From contig CM075989.1 in NCBI GenBank assembly GCA_038087875.1, positions 24,368,001-24,432,000 of the forward strand: DNA of 64,000 nt, given 5' to 3'. This DNA comes from Malacoraja senta. Lineage: Eukaryota. The notes under the pieces are model-generated. The model saw only the letters and a list, made by a program, of their open reading frames with translations. It did not search any database and was not told the DNA's origin. The position numbers and the translations under genes are program-made. Shown piece by piece: positions 1-13,176 of the stretch; the stretch's first letter is position 1; the number at the start of each line of letters is the position of its first letter.

Positions 1-773
1 TTTAGAGATACAGTGTGGAAAACAGGCCCTTTGGCCCAACGAGCACGCCGACCTGCGATCACTGTCCTACACTAGGACCAATTTACAGGTCAATTAACCT
101 TCAAACCTGCACATCCTTAGGATGTGGGAGAAAACCAGAGCACCCGGAGAAACCCATATGGTCACAGGGAGAATCATGAGCCCTGTTCTGGCACTGTAAG
201 GTAGCAGCTGTACCGCTGCACCCCTGTGCCACCCGTTATATTCTATGTGGCTTATTATGTGGCAGTAAAAATGCCAGTCCATGGTAAAATGTAAACAGCC
301 AAGTGATAGAAATTCATTACGTAAATGAAACCAGAGCACAGATATTTGCAAAAATATTTTGCAGACCTATTCCTTTCTCCAGAGATACTGCCTGACCCGC
401 TGAGTTACTCCAGCACTCTGTGTCTATCTTCGGCTTAACCCAGCATCTGCAGTTCCTTCTTTCACATTTTTGGTTCCCAACAGAATTGCTTCGCAAGAAG
501 TCACATCTGGTGAAGAATTAGTTGTAAACTTGCGTTGCAATCTACCAATTCCTCAATGGTAAATATTGGATGCATATCTAACTTGCCGTAAATCATTTGC
601 TGTTCATATTATCAAGGTTTTACTTTGTTGGTGTAACGTAAACGCAATCAATTTAAATTTCACAAAGAATCTTTGTAGTATAATTATTGCAGTTTTCTTT
701 TTAGAATGACGGCTGTTATTATTGTAGTTTTCTTATTTCTGGTCCAAAACCTGTGCATCATATTATTTTCCAG

Positions 774-986
774 GCTGCCCAACAGTTGCCAAAGACAAAA
801 TGGCCATCACGTGGTATTTCAATAATCAATCTATCCACAGCATACCAGGACTTGAATACAAAATCCTGGCCAGAGGACAGGTCCTCGAAGTGAGAATGGC
901 ATTGGAGAGGTTGGCGGGACAATACAAATGTCAGGCTGCCAATAATATTCGGACAGTCTCTGCTTATGTGAATGTGAGCTTTGTAG
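774..986 (+). CDS. ADAMTSL3: ADAMTS-like protein 3, internal exon (Ig-like domain); earlier exons lie upstream of the window
   Basis: ttttccag acceptor and gtatgc donor, phase 1-1. Translates CPTVAKDKMAITWYFNNQ...GQVLEV...GQYKCQAANNIRTVSAYVNVSFV, an Ig C...W...YxC pattern. Paralogue assigned from SAXO2/EFL1 synteny. Confidence 0.85.
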
Positions 987-1273
987 GTATGCTAAGAATT
1001 TATTCACTTGCTGTTTGGTATCATTCACCATTTTAAATTGGAGCAGCATTAGTGTGGGAGAGTGCTTGAAGAGCAGAGACCGTTGCACATTGCAACAGGA
1101 ACATCTGAACAGTGAAAGGCCTGAGAATCTCCACAATAGTAAATGTCAGGGTCGTCAAATGGTCTTTTATTTAACGTAACTACTCCCTAATGTTAATGTT
1201 CCTGCTTATTTATGCCCATCAGTCACTAATATAATTCTGGATTATAGTTTGAATATCGCCCATTCATTAAATG

Positions 1274-1590
1274 TTAGTTTAGTTTAGTTTTAGAGATACA
1301 GCGCGGAAACAGGCACTCTGGCTCACCGGGTCCGCGCCGACCAGCGATCCCCGCACATTAACACTATCCTACACCCACTAGGGACAATTTTTTTTTTTTT
1401 TTACATTTTACCAAGCCAATTAACCTGCAAACCTGTACGCCTTTGGAGTGAAACTGAAGATCTTGGAGAATACCCACGCAGGTCACAGGGAGAACGTACA
1501 AACTCCGTACAGACAGCACCCATAGTCGGGATCGAACCCGGGTCTCTGGCACTGCATTCTACTCTCCCGCTGCGCCACCGTGACTGCCCT
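1274..1590 (-). mobile_element. HE1-like V-SINE (representative)
   Basis: Same head, body and tail as 9606. Other copies at about 1-234, 10550-10870, 14150-14435, 16978-17420, 21970-22262, 26186-26770, 28661-28967, 31122-31433, 31975, 35220, 57680-57978, 59133-59445, 61570-61862 and 62685. Confidence 0.88.
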
Positions 1591-2798
1591 TCTTTTCTTG
1601 TCTCTGGGATCATTAATGTGAAGTTCCCAGGTCTGCAATACACTCTTGAAATTCAGAGCAGTTCAAAGCAATTTACTAATACAAAGGGTGTTGAGGTACA
1701 GACACAATGAAAATCTTACTTGCAGAAGCTTCATAGAGTCACAGAGTGATGCAGTGTGGAAACAGGCCCTTTGGCCCAACTTGCCCACACTGAGCAACCT
1801 GTCCCAGCTACACTAGTCCCACCTGCCCGCGTTTGCCTCATATCCCTCCAAACCTGATCTATCCATGTAGCCATGTATCTGCCATGTTCACAGGCAGATT
1901 GATCCAGGAAACACGCAGTAAAACATAAATTATACTTAAATTACGTCAAAGTCAGCAAGATGATAAAAAGACAAAAGACAGGACAAAAACAACAAGACGT
2001 GGGTGCAAAGCACAATCTGAAAAAAAAACAAGTTTATGGTCGTGCAAGAGGTGGCCTGTAGAATTCTGCTCACATGCCTTGTGGGCCGTTTTTCCAATTT
2101 TTAATCATAAAATGCTGGATTAATTCAGTGGGACAGGCAGCATCTCTGGGGAGAAGGAATGGGTGACGTTTCAGGTCGAGACCCTTCTTCGGACTGCAGC
2201 ATTTTGTGTCCATCTTCGGTGTAAACCAGCATCTGCAGTTCCTTCCGACACTAATCATTACGGCAAAATCAGTAAGGCCAGACAAGATGCTGGATGAAAA
2301 GTGAAGCTTTAAGATGAGGATGGGTTGAGATGAGCAACAGGTTGGGGGATGGACTTCTGACTCCTGTTAAAGTCATTATCCTTTGACTGGAGTGTTTCAG
2401 CACTTTCCCTGCGTATGTATTTTACGGCCTGTCAAAGATTTCATCCACACTCTGTTATTCCAGCACCCAGGCGGATATTTTCCACAGCTGTAACTGGCTA
2501 GATTTCACCTTGTTCTGTGAAAATTTGTTGCAAACAGGGAGTTTGAGCATAAATAAATCCACATCACACTTAACGACCACACTGGAGGCACGAGGATCCA
2601 CAGTGAATACTATATTATTCAACACAAAGCCAACAAGCTCCAATTCATAAGCATTGGCATCCTGGCCCATAAAACCACAGCTACTCAGTCTTATTTATGC
2701 TCGTGTTCCTCATTTGTTGTACGTCCTCCGAGAAATGTAAATGCATAACATCTTTTTTCCGTGATACTTCATTGAGAATAGATTATCTTTGTCTGGGG

Positions 2799-2992
2799 AG
2801 ACACAAAATGCTGGAGTAACTCAGCGGGACAGGCAGCATCCCTGGGGAGAAGGAATGGGTGACGAGTCGGGTCGAGACCCTTCTTCAGACCGGAAACGTC
2901 ACCCATTCCTTCTCTGCTGCCCGTCCCGCTGAGTTACTCCAGCTTTTTGTGTCTATCTTCAGTTGAAACCGGCATCTGCAGTTCCTGCCTAC
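2799..2992. mobile_element. Fold-back (inverted) Penelope pLTR element
   Basis: agacacaaaatgctggagtaactcagcgggac... and its reverse complement. 13-bp flanking direct repeat atcttt(g/c)tctggg at 2785 and 2995. Confidence 0.85.
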
Positions 2993-3687
2993 AAATCTTT
3001 CTCTGGGTGAAATGTGATTTTCAATGACATTGGTTTGAAAGTGGACAAGTATCACAAGACCTTAAGACATAAAAGCAGAAGGACAAGTTTGGAGGGATAT
3101 GGGCCAAACGCAGGCAGGTGGGACTAGTGTAGCTGGGACATCTTGGCTGGTGTGTGCAAGTTGAACCGAAGGACCTGTTTCCATGCTGTATCACTCTATG
3201 ACTCTAATTAGGCCATTAAGCCCACCAAGTCTGTTCTGCCATTCAACCATGGCTGATCTATTTTTCCCTCTCAACCCCATTCTCCTGCCTCTCGCCATAA
3301 CCTCTGAATCAAGAACCTGTCAATCTTCACTTAAACAATACCCAAACACTTGGCCTCCACCGCCGTCTGTGGCGATGAATTGCACAGATTCACCACCCTC
3401 TGGCTAAAGAGCTTCCTCCTCATCTACATTCCAATGAAAAAAAAATGTGTAGGATAGTGTTAATGTGCGGGGATTGCTAGTCGGCGCGGACCCGGTGGGC
3501 CAAAGGGCCTGTTTCCGTGCTGTATCTCTAAAACTAAACAAAAAACTAATAGCAGAATGTCGCAGGGTATAAATATTAAATAAATTAAAATATCAATGTA
3601 ATGCTATGCATGAATAATAATAATTGTTAACATTATTACAAACGTTTGAATGTTCTGACCAGAGTGGATGGTTGTTTTTGTGAACAG

Positions 3688-3871
3688 GTGTGATGTGGGT
3701 CGCCAGTGACTGGTCTACCTGTTCAGTGACTTGCGGCAACAATGGAACTCACTACAAGAAGATGCTCTGTCTGAACGCAAGGGGACTAGAGGTGAATGAG
3801 TCAGCGTGCTACGAGCTTCCAAAACCCCCTATAGTCGTTGAACCGTGCAGCATACAGGACTGCCCTGTCAG
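3688..3871 (+). CDS. ADAMTSL3: ADAMTSL3 exon, thrombospondin type-1 repeat
   Basis: aacag acceptor, gtaaga donor, phase 1-2. WVASDWSTCSVTCGNNG...PCSIQDCP. Confidence 0.9.
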
Positions 3872-4267
3872 GTAAGATGAGAAAATCAACCACTTTTTAA
3901 GTTCATAAGTTCCAGGAGCAGAATTAGGCCATTCAGCCCATCAAGTGAAGGGGGGAAAGATTTAAATAGGAATCTGAGGGGTAACGTCTTCACGCAAAGG
4001 GTGGTGGGTGTACGGAACAAGCTGCCAGAGGAGGTAGTTGAGGCTGGGACTATCCCAACATTTAAGAGACAGTTAGACAGGTGCACGGGGATAGGACAGG
4101 TTTGGAGGGATACAGGCAGGTGGGACTAGTGTAACTGGGACATGTTGGCCAGTGTAGGCAAGTTGGGCCGAAGGGCCTGTTTCCACACTGTATCACTCTA
4201 TGACTGTCTACTCTGCCATTCAAGTACGGCTGATCTATCTCTCCCTCTAAACCCCATTCTCCTGCCA

Positions 4268-4575
4268 ATTGATCAAACATCTACAGCATTTTACTGCAGA
4301 CGTTGAAAGAGCTGAGCCTCCTCAGAAAGTACAGATGGCTCTGTCCCTTCTTACACAGTGCCTCAGCGTTCCTGGACCAGTCCAGTTTACTGTCCTTGGT
4401 AAACTGCACATTCACATTCACACCCTTGATGGGGACAGGGGACAGGGGACAGGGGTGTTCCTCTCCTGCTAAAGTCCTCTAGTCTTGTCGGCGTTGAGCT
4501 GCAGGTGATTCAGCCCACACCACTCAACAAAGTTGTTGACTACACCTCTGTCTTCAGCTTCCCTCCCCTCACTGA
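4268..4575 (-). mobile_element. Degraded Rex1-type RT fragment
   Basis: Minus strand reads RGVVNNFVEWCGLNHLQLNADKT and LDWSRNAEALCKKGQSHLYFLRRLSSFNV. Confidence 0.75.
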
Positions 4576-5249
4576 TTAACCATGTCTTTATATTATGTAA
4601 ATGGTCTTCATATATAAAATGTAACATTTAGCCTTGGTCTGAGGAAGGCTTTCAACCCAAAACCGTGACTGTCCATTCCCTCTACAGCTGCTGCCACCCC
4701 CATTGAATTCCTCCAACACTGAGTTTTGCTCAAGATCCCAGCATCTGTACTTTCTTAAGTCTCCATTAACTTTGGCTTTGTGTGTTTGAAACCTGCCCAG
4801 AATGTATCCCTTTGTAATCCATATTAAAGTCCTTTGTATTGTTTACATTTGCGATGTCCAATAACTTAAGGACTCCTCTCAACTTACACATATAACAACT
4901 TTTGGAAAGCTTTGATTACTAATGATAAATGATTAAATCAGGCAACATTAAATGTTGCAATGTGTAGTGTGCAGATGAGTGAACTGGAGGACAAAGTGTG
5001 GCAAACATTCATAGCTGTCAACAATGCTTATGTGGACTTCATTGTAGCACGAGGACCATGTTACAAATTGGCTCTGTTACACGGCCCCAGGCAAGACCAT
5101 GGATTATAGTGTACTGACATTGATGAATTAGTTCCGACATAATGAGGAGATAACATATTGCTTTACAACATGCACAGAAATCTGGGCTATCTGCTAAACA
5201 ACATTAGGGTTTGGTTGGAACGAATTGCTTCTTTTAGTAAATGTCTCAG

Positions 5250-5700
5250 TTATAGAGTGATACAGTGTGGAAACAGGCCCTTCGGCCCAATGTGCCCACA
5301 CCGACCAACATGTCCCATCTACACTAGTCCCATCTGCCTGCATTTGGCCCGTCTCCCTCTAAACCTGTCCTATCCATGTACTTGTCCAAATGTTCCATAA
5401 ATGTTGTGATAGCCCCAGCCTCAACTACCTCCACCGGCAGCTCGCTCCATACACCCACCACCCTTTGTGTACAAAAGTTGCCCCTCAGGTTCCTAATAGA
5501 TCTATCTCCCCTCACCTCACACCTATGTCCGCTGATTCTTGATTCCCCTTCTCTTGTTCAACTACTCCAGGTAAAAGACTGTACATTTGTCCGATCTATA
5601 ATCTCATGGTCTTATACACCTCTGCAAGATCACCCCTCATCCTCCTGCACTCCAAGAAATAATGTCCTAGTCTGCTCAACCTTTCCCTACAGCTCAGCCC
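5250..5700 (-). mobile_element. CR1 LINE 3' fragment (representative)
   Basis: Reverse complement of the 44600-45003 tail. Related fragments at about 1736, 3080, 3945, 6100, 7736, 14940, 32395, 35945, 47270, 48360-48790 and 56115-56820. Confidence 0.88.
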
Positions 5701-6799
5701 TTTAATCTGAGTTTAAAATTCCATTGCACTGGGATCTATTATATCTATGTCCTTCCTAATTTTGTAAACTGGTGTAAAGTCACTCGCCAGCCTGCAGTGG
5801 GAATAAACTCAACCCATCCAATTTCTCCACATAACCACAGCCCTCCAATCCAGGCAAGTTCCCAGTAAATCTTCCACACCTATCTATTGTTGCCACATCC
5901 TTGCTGCAGTGTGAGGACCAGAACATTACTCCAAGTGGCAGTTTTGTTACTATTCTGTGCCAAATTGATGCATTATCAGCAATATCTTGCTTAGGTACAA
6001 TTAATTTAGAAAACTGAACAGTGCTGGTCTTTTCACTTGGTAATGTTGCAGAGTGTAACATTACTATTGCTCAGTGTGTATCTTTATAATACTGTTATAA
6101 AGTCATGGAGTCACACAGCACGGAAACAGGCCCTTCGGCCCAACTTGCCCATGCCGACCAACATGTCCCATCTGCACTAGTTCCACCTGCCTGCATTTGG
6201 CCCATATCCCTCTAAACCTGTCCTATCCATGTACCTGTCCAAATGTTTTTTATACTTTGTGATAGTACCGAACTCAACTATCTCCTCCGGCAGCTCGTCT
6301 CATACACCTACCACCCTTTGTGTAAAAAATTTGCTCTTAGATTCCTATTAAATCTTTCCCCTCTCACCTTAAATATATGTTTTAAAAAAACAATTGACAG
6401 GTTTCTTCCAGTTGGAATACGATGGGCGACCTGTGTAAAACTATTCTCTGCTGTCACACAATCCTTAAGTCCAACACTTAATTTTAATTTCACCCATGTG
6501 TATTTTGTTCTGAATGTCTGTTGCAGCACTAATTGAGAACGTTAAATTGTCAGCATTCCTTTACATGCCCCTGGTGGTTCTTGTACAATGTGTGCCTTCA
6601 TGCTGGCCTGGTGTAATAATCTCAGCTCCAGCTGCAGTCAGCCTCAGATTCTAACCTAAACTTAAGCCTTCCAAAGCAACCTTCAAACGTGCAGAGCCCC
6701 CAATGTGAATAACAACAGTACAGGTGCTTTCTAACATGCTAGGGAAATCAAATTGGAAGTGAAACTCATAACAAGTCATGCTATGAGTTGTGGATGTAT

Positions 6800-6990
6800 C
6801 CCAGTCCATCACACAGACCAGACTCCAGGCTACCATTGTCTCCTTCACACAGACCAGACTCTATCACCCAGACCAGACTCCATCACCCAGACCAGACTCC
6901 ATCACACAGACTCCATCACACAGACCAGACTCCAGACAAACATTTACTCCATCCACCCTTCGCACTGCCTGGGGAAAGCAGCCAACTTAG
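6800..6990 (+). repeat. About 19-bp minisatellite (tccatcacacagaccagac) expanded within a Rex1 ORF2 fragment
   Basis: About six degenerate copies encoding SITQTRL, followed by CLGKAAN homologous to 15930-15955. Confidence 0.75.
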
Positions 6991-7863
6991 AATATCTTAG
7001 GTGTTGTTATATTTATTGAGCCAGATCTTGTTCACCTGATGTTCTCTTCTAGAACAGACACAAAAAGCTGGAGCAACTCAGCGGGACAGGCTGCATCTCT
7101 GGAGAGACCCCTCTTCAGACTTGAAATCTGAAGAAGGGTCTCGACCCGAAACATCACCCATTGCTTCTCCCCAGAGATGCTGCCTGTCCCGCTGAGTTAT
7201 TCCAGCATTTTTGTGCCTATCTTTGTTGGCTGTGGTCTCCCCCATGTCTACATCTACCCAGCCGAGAATCAGAAGGTCACTCTTCCTGCCTGGAGTTCGC
7301 TTGATGTCAGCCCTGGCTTGCACAGCAATAGGATCTCAAGATTCAGTTTAGTTTATTATTGTCACGTGTACTGAGGTACAGTGAAAAGCATTTTGGTGTG
7401 TGCTATCCGGTCACGAATAGACGATACGTGATTACAATCAAGCTTCCACAGTGTACAGATACAGGATAGAGGATACAACTTTTATGTAAGATCAAGTCCA
7501 GTAAAATCTGATTGAAGATGTTCCACTGATGTATAAAGGAAGCCACAAACCACACAGCAGGAAAAGCAAAGGGACATGTAATATAAAAATTAAATGATAT
7601 CATGTATAGACTGGGGTTGACCTGTGGGCTCGAGGTGGAGACCGGTGGTGGAATGGGCTGACAGTCCAAACCTCACAATAGATTGAAACTGTTCTCAGGT
7701 CCAGTCACCAAACATAAAAATGAATAGATGCATTGAGAGTCATAGAGTGATACAGTGTGGAAACAGGCCCTTCAGCCCAACTTGCCCACACCAACCCATG
7801 TCCCATCTACAGTCATCACACCTGCCTGCTTTTGGCCCGCATCCCCCTAAATCTGTCTAATGT

Positions 7864-8129
7864 AAGATAGACACAACATGCTGGAGTGACTCAGCGGGCC
7901 AGGCAGCATCCCTGGAGAAATGGAGACCCATTCCTTGTCCCCAGAGATTCTGCCTGTCCCTCTGAGTTACTCCATCATTCTGAAGAAGGGTCTCGACCCG
8001 AAACATCACCTACTCCTTTGCTCCATGGATGCTGCCTCACCCGCTGAGTTTCTCCAGCATTTTTGTCTACCATCATTTTGTGTCAATTGTGGGTTTAAAC
8101 CAGCATCTGTAGTTCCTTCCTACACATAC
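7864..8129. mobile_element. Fold-back Penelope pLTR element (composite)
   Basis: Inverted arms plus a hammerhead core at 7980-8007. 11-bp TSD ctgtctaatgt at 7853 and 8130. Confidence 0.8.
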
Positions 8130-9605
8130 CTGTCTAATGTGAATGTTCCGTTCAGAATGAGCACTTGCATTTTTTAGTAACGGCTTTAATGCAGCAAAAT
8201 GGTCAGGAAAGCGTAGGAAAACAAAACAGATTTGTGCTGGAGGTTCTTGCTGTGCACAGACGTCCCATGCTCCACATGAAAGCCTGCGTGCATCTATAAG
8301 ACAAGATGATTACATTTATTGTTACATAGCTGAATTTAATTCAGCTAAAGGTTGGCTCCGAGTTCTGATTTTTACATCAGCCAAAAAGCATAGATGTCTT
8401 GATAAATGGAAAACATCAGGCGATCAAAACAACTGTGAAGCATAAGTCCAATGTGAAAAGACTCTATTGTCAGTTCATCAAAGATCCAAGATCTTATCCA
8501 AACTGCAGGATTAGTGGATGGACTCAGGGGAGTGGTGGAAGATTGCAAAAATATGTTTCTGCCTTACCCAACCTCCCTCTCATTTTGAGAAGGGTTGGGT
8601 CCAGAGCCTCGTTTTATGGATGTTAGAAAATTGTTCCCGTCTCCCAACATTCCAGAATGGAAACCAAATGTTTCAATGGACACCAGCAATCAGACGTGCA
8701 AAATAAAAAGCTCAACATCTTGAAGATTTGGAACTCTGACCAATTATTAACCCTGAGGATAGGCACAAAATGCTGGAGTAACTCAGCAAGTCAGGCAGCA
8801 TCTCTGGAGAGAAGGAACGGGTGACGTTTTGGGTCGAGACCCTTCTTCAGACTCGACCCGAAACATCACCCATTCCTTCTCTCAAGAGATGCTGCCTGTC
8901 CCGCTGAGTTACTCCGACTTTTTGTGTCTATCTTGGTTTAAACCAGCATCTGCAGTTCCTTCCTACACACTAACCACAGGGCACAGGTTGCTAGTCTCTC
9001 TAAACCCTCTTTGTGTAGCCAGCCATTCTCCCGCTCATTGGTCTGGATTACCACATCAACTGGTGACCCAACTCAGCACGAAAGCAGCAAATGTCCTGCA
9101 CGGCAGCACAAATGGATCAGGGTCAAAGACTGATAACTACACGCCAGAATCCGGACTGCCTGTTATGTCAAATCTCTTGAAAAGAGTGAAGAATAAGAAG
9201 CTGTTACACAATCTCCGTCTCAGCCAGTGGTTGCCCAGCTGCCAACTTGGCCACAGAGCAAGAGGAGCAATCGGTGTTCTCAGTTTCATTGTCCCAGACT
9301 GGAACTAATTACCAAATGTAAAGTCAGATCAAAATGTCAACTGTTTAGCCGCTATCTCAAAGAATTGCCTGATATGTGAACCAACATTATTATTTTTACG
9401 CATTATTAATCCTGACCTCCCATCGACCTTATTGGAGACCTTTGAGCTATCTTTATTCGGACTTTGTCTCACTTCAATGTTATATCTTGCACTAAATGTT
9501 GCGCCCTCAATCCCATCTGTACCTGGCGGGCGGCTTGATTGCATTCATGTATAGTCTTTTCTTTGACTGGATAGGACATAAACATAAGCTTTTCACTGTA
9601 CCTCG

Positions 9606-9936
9606 GTGACACGGTGGCGCAGCGGTAGAGTTGCTGCCTTACAGCGCTTGCAGCACCGGAGACCCGGGTTCGATCTTGACTACGGGTGCTGTCTGTACGG
9701 AGTTTGTACGTTCTCCCCGTGACCGCGTGGGTTTTCTCCGAGATCTTCTGTTCCCTCCCACACTCCAAATATGTGCAGGTTTGTTGGTTAATTGGCTTGG
9801 TATAATTGTAAATTGTCCCTAGTGTGTGTAGGGTAGTGTTTGTGTGCGGGGATCGCTGGTCGGCGCGGACTCGGTAGGCTGAAGGGCTTGTTACTGCGCT
9901 GTATCTCTAAACTAAACTAAACTAAACTAAACTAAA
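9606..9936 (+). mobile_element. tRNA-derived V-SINE (HE1-like), full length, inserted in a Rex1 3' UTR
   Basis: A box tggcgcagcgg, B box ggttcgatc, central gtgggttttctccg...cctcccacactccaaa domain, CR1-like tail and (ctaaa)n. Confidence 0.88.
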
Positions 9937-11542
9937 CATGTGACAATAATTAACTAAACAGAACTGGTTGAGAACACCCATTATCAATTTTGAAGCAAAT
10001 ATATTAACAAATGCAACTGAAGAATTTCTACTAAATCACTTGTTTCATTATTAGAAATTCTTCAGTTTATTGAAGTGAAGAATATTAGAGATGCATTGTT
10101 GCCATGTTGGATCCGAACTTGTGTCTCACTGATATGGAAGTCCAGTGTCTAGTCAACCAATGGTACTAGTCGGTTAGACTGGACACCAGGCAGAGCTCTC
10201 ATTATCTCAGTCCACAAAACACAAACTGCTGGATGAGCTCAGCACATCCGGCAGCATCTGTGGAAGGAACGGACAGAAGACATTTCAGGTCAGATTTCTT
10301 CAGACTGGATTTCCATTCTCTCCACAGGTACTGCCTGGCCCTCTGAGTTCCTCCAGCAGTTTGCATTTTGCTGGAGCTTCTGCAATTCCTTGTGCCTCTT
10401 TGTCCAAATGATTGCCTGAAACTTTTCTTGCCCATCTGAATAAATGAACGATTGATTCTTTATTGTCACATGTGACAAGTCACAGTGATATTCTTTGTTT
10501 TGCATAGCCAAGGTATGCAAAGAGTCACCACATAAAGAGCGCAGGCAGTTTTTAGTTTTTAGTTTAGTTTGGAGATACAGCGCGGAAACAAGCCCTTTGG
10601 CCCACTGAGTCCGCACCGACCAGCGATCCCCACACACATTAACATTATCCTACACACACTAGGGACAATTTACACATACACCAAGCCAATTAACCTACAT
10701 ACCTGTACATCTTTGGAGCGTGGGAGGAAAACAAAGATCTCGGAGAAAACCCACGCAGGTCACGGGGAGACGTACAAACTCCATACAGACAGCACCCGTG
10801 GCCGGGATCGAACCCGGGTCTCCGGCGCTACAAGGCAGCAACTCTGCCGTTGTCTCACCGTGCCGCCCCCTCGCCACAATTAACACACAAGGAACTTTTC
10901 TTGCCCACCTGGGTGACAGAACATCAGTCTAACGCTCCGACAAAAGGCACTTCCTGCTTCAATCAGCGCCTCCTCAAAACTGCGCCAGCCTCGTCGGCCA
11001 AAGTAATGCACTCGAGTCTTGATGACGGGGCTTGAAGCCACACTTTGTGATTTGTGCTATCACTGAGCCATGGAAAACACAGCTGCTCAACGGATGGGAG
11101 AGACGCGATGAATAATGCAGAACGCTACGAGTCAGGCATCTCATAGGAGAGTGAAATGGATCTTGCTACTCAATGACTGGCACGTTCTTTACAATTATGG
11201 ATGGTGTGTGTGTGTGTGGAAACAAGGAGACTGTTTGGCAAATTAATGGCTGAGGGAATCAGTCCAATGAATATCTAATCATGCGTTGCATGTCGTAATG
11301 GCTGAAGCAATGGACGGGTTGTTAATCATACATGTTACTTTTTAACAAATAAAATTAACCTCCAGTAATTTTTCTCCTATTTAAACATTTCTAATAGGCT
11401 AATATTGTCTGTATTATTTAACTTGATGTGATTTGCTAAAAAGGTTGCACCTTATGACGATGAGTCAAAAATGGTGTTACTGCCTTTTAATTGTGTTACG
11501 GACATGTAGGAGCATGGCTAAACTGGGCAAGTGATGGGCAGA

Positions 11543-11715
11543 AGGTACACAAAAATGCTGGAGAAACTCAGCGGGTGCAGCAGCATCTATGGAGCGAAGG
11601 AAATAGGCAACGTTTCAGGGCGAAACCCTTCTTCAGCAGCTGCTGCACCCGCTGAGTTTCTCCAGCATTTTTGTTTACCTTCGATTTTCCAGCATCTGTA
11701 GTTCCTTCTTTAACA
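11543..11715. mobile_element. Fold-back Penelope pLTR element
   Basis: Inverted arms. Perfect 15-bp TSD caagtgatgggcaga at 11528-11542 and 11716-11730. Confidence 0.88.
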
Positions 11716-12280
11716 CAAGTGATGGGCAGATACAGGTTCTTGTATCACAGGTTATAGGTACAGAATTAGGCCATTTGGTCCATGAAGACAGTTTAAGAAT
11801 AAGGGGTAGGCCATTTAGAACGGAGATGAGGAAAAACTTTATCACCCAGAGAGTTGTGAATCTGTGGAATTCTCTGCCTCAGAAGGCAGTGGTGGCCAAT
11901 TCTCTGGATGTTTTCAAGAGAGAGTTAGATAGAGCTCTTAAAGATAGCGGAGTCAAGGGATATGGGGAGAAGGCAGGAACGGTGTACTGATTGTGGATGA
12001 TTAGCCATGATCACAGTGAATGCCGGTGCTGGCTCGAAGGGCTGAATGGCCTACTCCTGCACCTATTGTTTATTGTCTATGTCTACTCCACCATTCAATC
12101 ATGGCTGATCTATCTCTCCCTCTCATCCCCATTCTCCTGCCTTCTCCCCACAACCCCTGACAGGTGAGGGAGGTTGATTGGCAAATGGGTGGAGGAAGGC
12201 CAGAGATGCAAAGTCTCCTGTCCATTTCCAATAGTGTTGATGTGAAGATTAACTTCCAGGAACTAATTCTGTCCCTGCAG

Positions 12281-12485
12281 ATGGGTGACGACCTCAGTGA
12301 CCGAGTGTTCGGTCCCGTGCGGTAAAGGAGTGCGAAGACTCAGAGTGAGATGTGAGCAGTTGACGGCCAGCGGCACTGTGACCATTGTACCTCCATCTAT
12401 CTGCGCAGAAGAGGATCGCCCAGCCAGTGAGGTGGAGTGTTCACTGCCGCCCTGTGGCCAGTGGAAGAGGTCGGCTTGGGGAGAG
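12281..12485 (+). CDS. ADAMTSL3: ADAMTSL3 exon, TSP1 repeat
   Basis: ccctgcag acceptor, gtaaac donor, phase 2-0. WVTTSVTECSVPCGKGVRRLRVRC...CSLPPCGQWKRSAWGE. Confidence 0.9.
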
Positions 12486-12955
12486 GTAAACCTGTCCACC
12501 ATTAAATCCTCCCTTTGATCTGGTATTTTGTTGGTTCACATGCTTGATCAATGAATGGTGTTTTATCATTAATGTCTTATTATTATTAATGTTTAGTGTT
12601 TTCTGAGTGATTCGTAACTGTCACTGTATGTCATGTTGTTACTTGTGGGCGGAGCACCAAGGCAAATTCCTTGTATGTGAGTACTAGGCCAATAAACTTA
12701 CTTACTTACTTACTTAATCAATGCTCTTTAACGCAGATAAAGAATGAAAGAGTTGGAACCCGTTCCTCAGGGATTTTTCTGTGATATTTTCAGGAGAATT
12801 ACGTAATTAAAAAAAGAAAAACAAGCCTAAAAAGTTTACACAAGTTTGAGAGTGAGGGGGAAAGATTTATTGTCATAATAAATTAAAAACAGGACAATGG
12901 AATTCAGAACAATGAAATTCTTACTTCCAGCAGCATGACAGATATGTAAACATAG

Positions 12956-13176
12956 ACACAAAATGCTGGAATAACTCAGTGAGACAGGCAGCATCTGTGG
13001 ATAGAAGGAATGGGTGACGTTTTGGCTCGAGACCCTTCTCCAGTCTGAAGAAGGGTCTCGACCCGAAACGTCACCCATTCCTTCTCTCCAGAGATGCTGC
13101 CTGTCCCACTGAGTTACTCCAGCTTTTTGTGTCTATCTTCGGTGTAACCAGCATCTGCAGTTCCTTCCCACACACT
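12956..13176. mobile_element. Fold-back Penelope pLTR element
   Basis: About 90-bp inverted arms centred near 13043. TSD taaacatag at 12947 and 13177. Confidence 0.88.
13045..13072 (+). ncRNA. Minimal hammerhead ribozyme-like core
   Basis: CTGAAGA-A-GGGT-CTCG-ACCC-GAAA-CGTC, inside a fold-back pLTR element. Confidence 0.7.

Noticed and set aside
9606..9690. tRNA gene
   Set aside because: The A/B boxes are the head of a multi-copy SINE that continues into a body and LINE-like tail; no complete cloverleaf.
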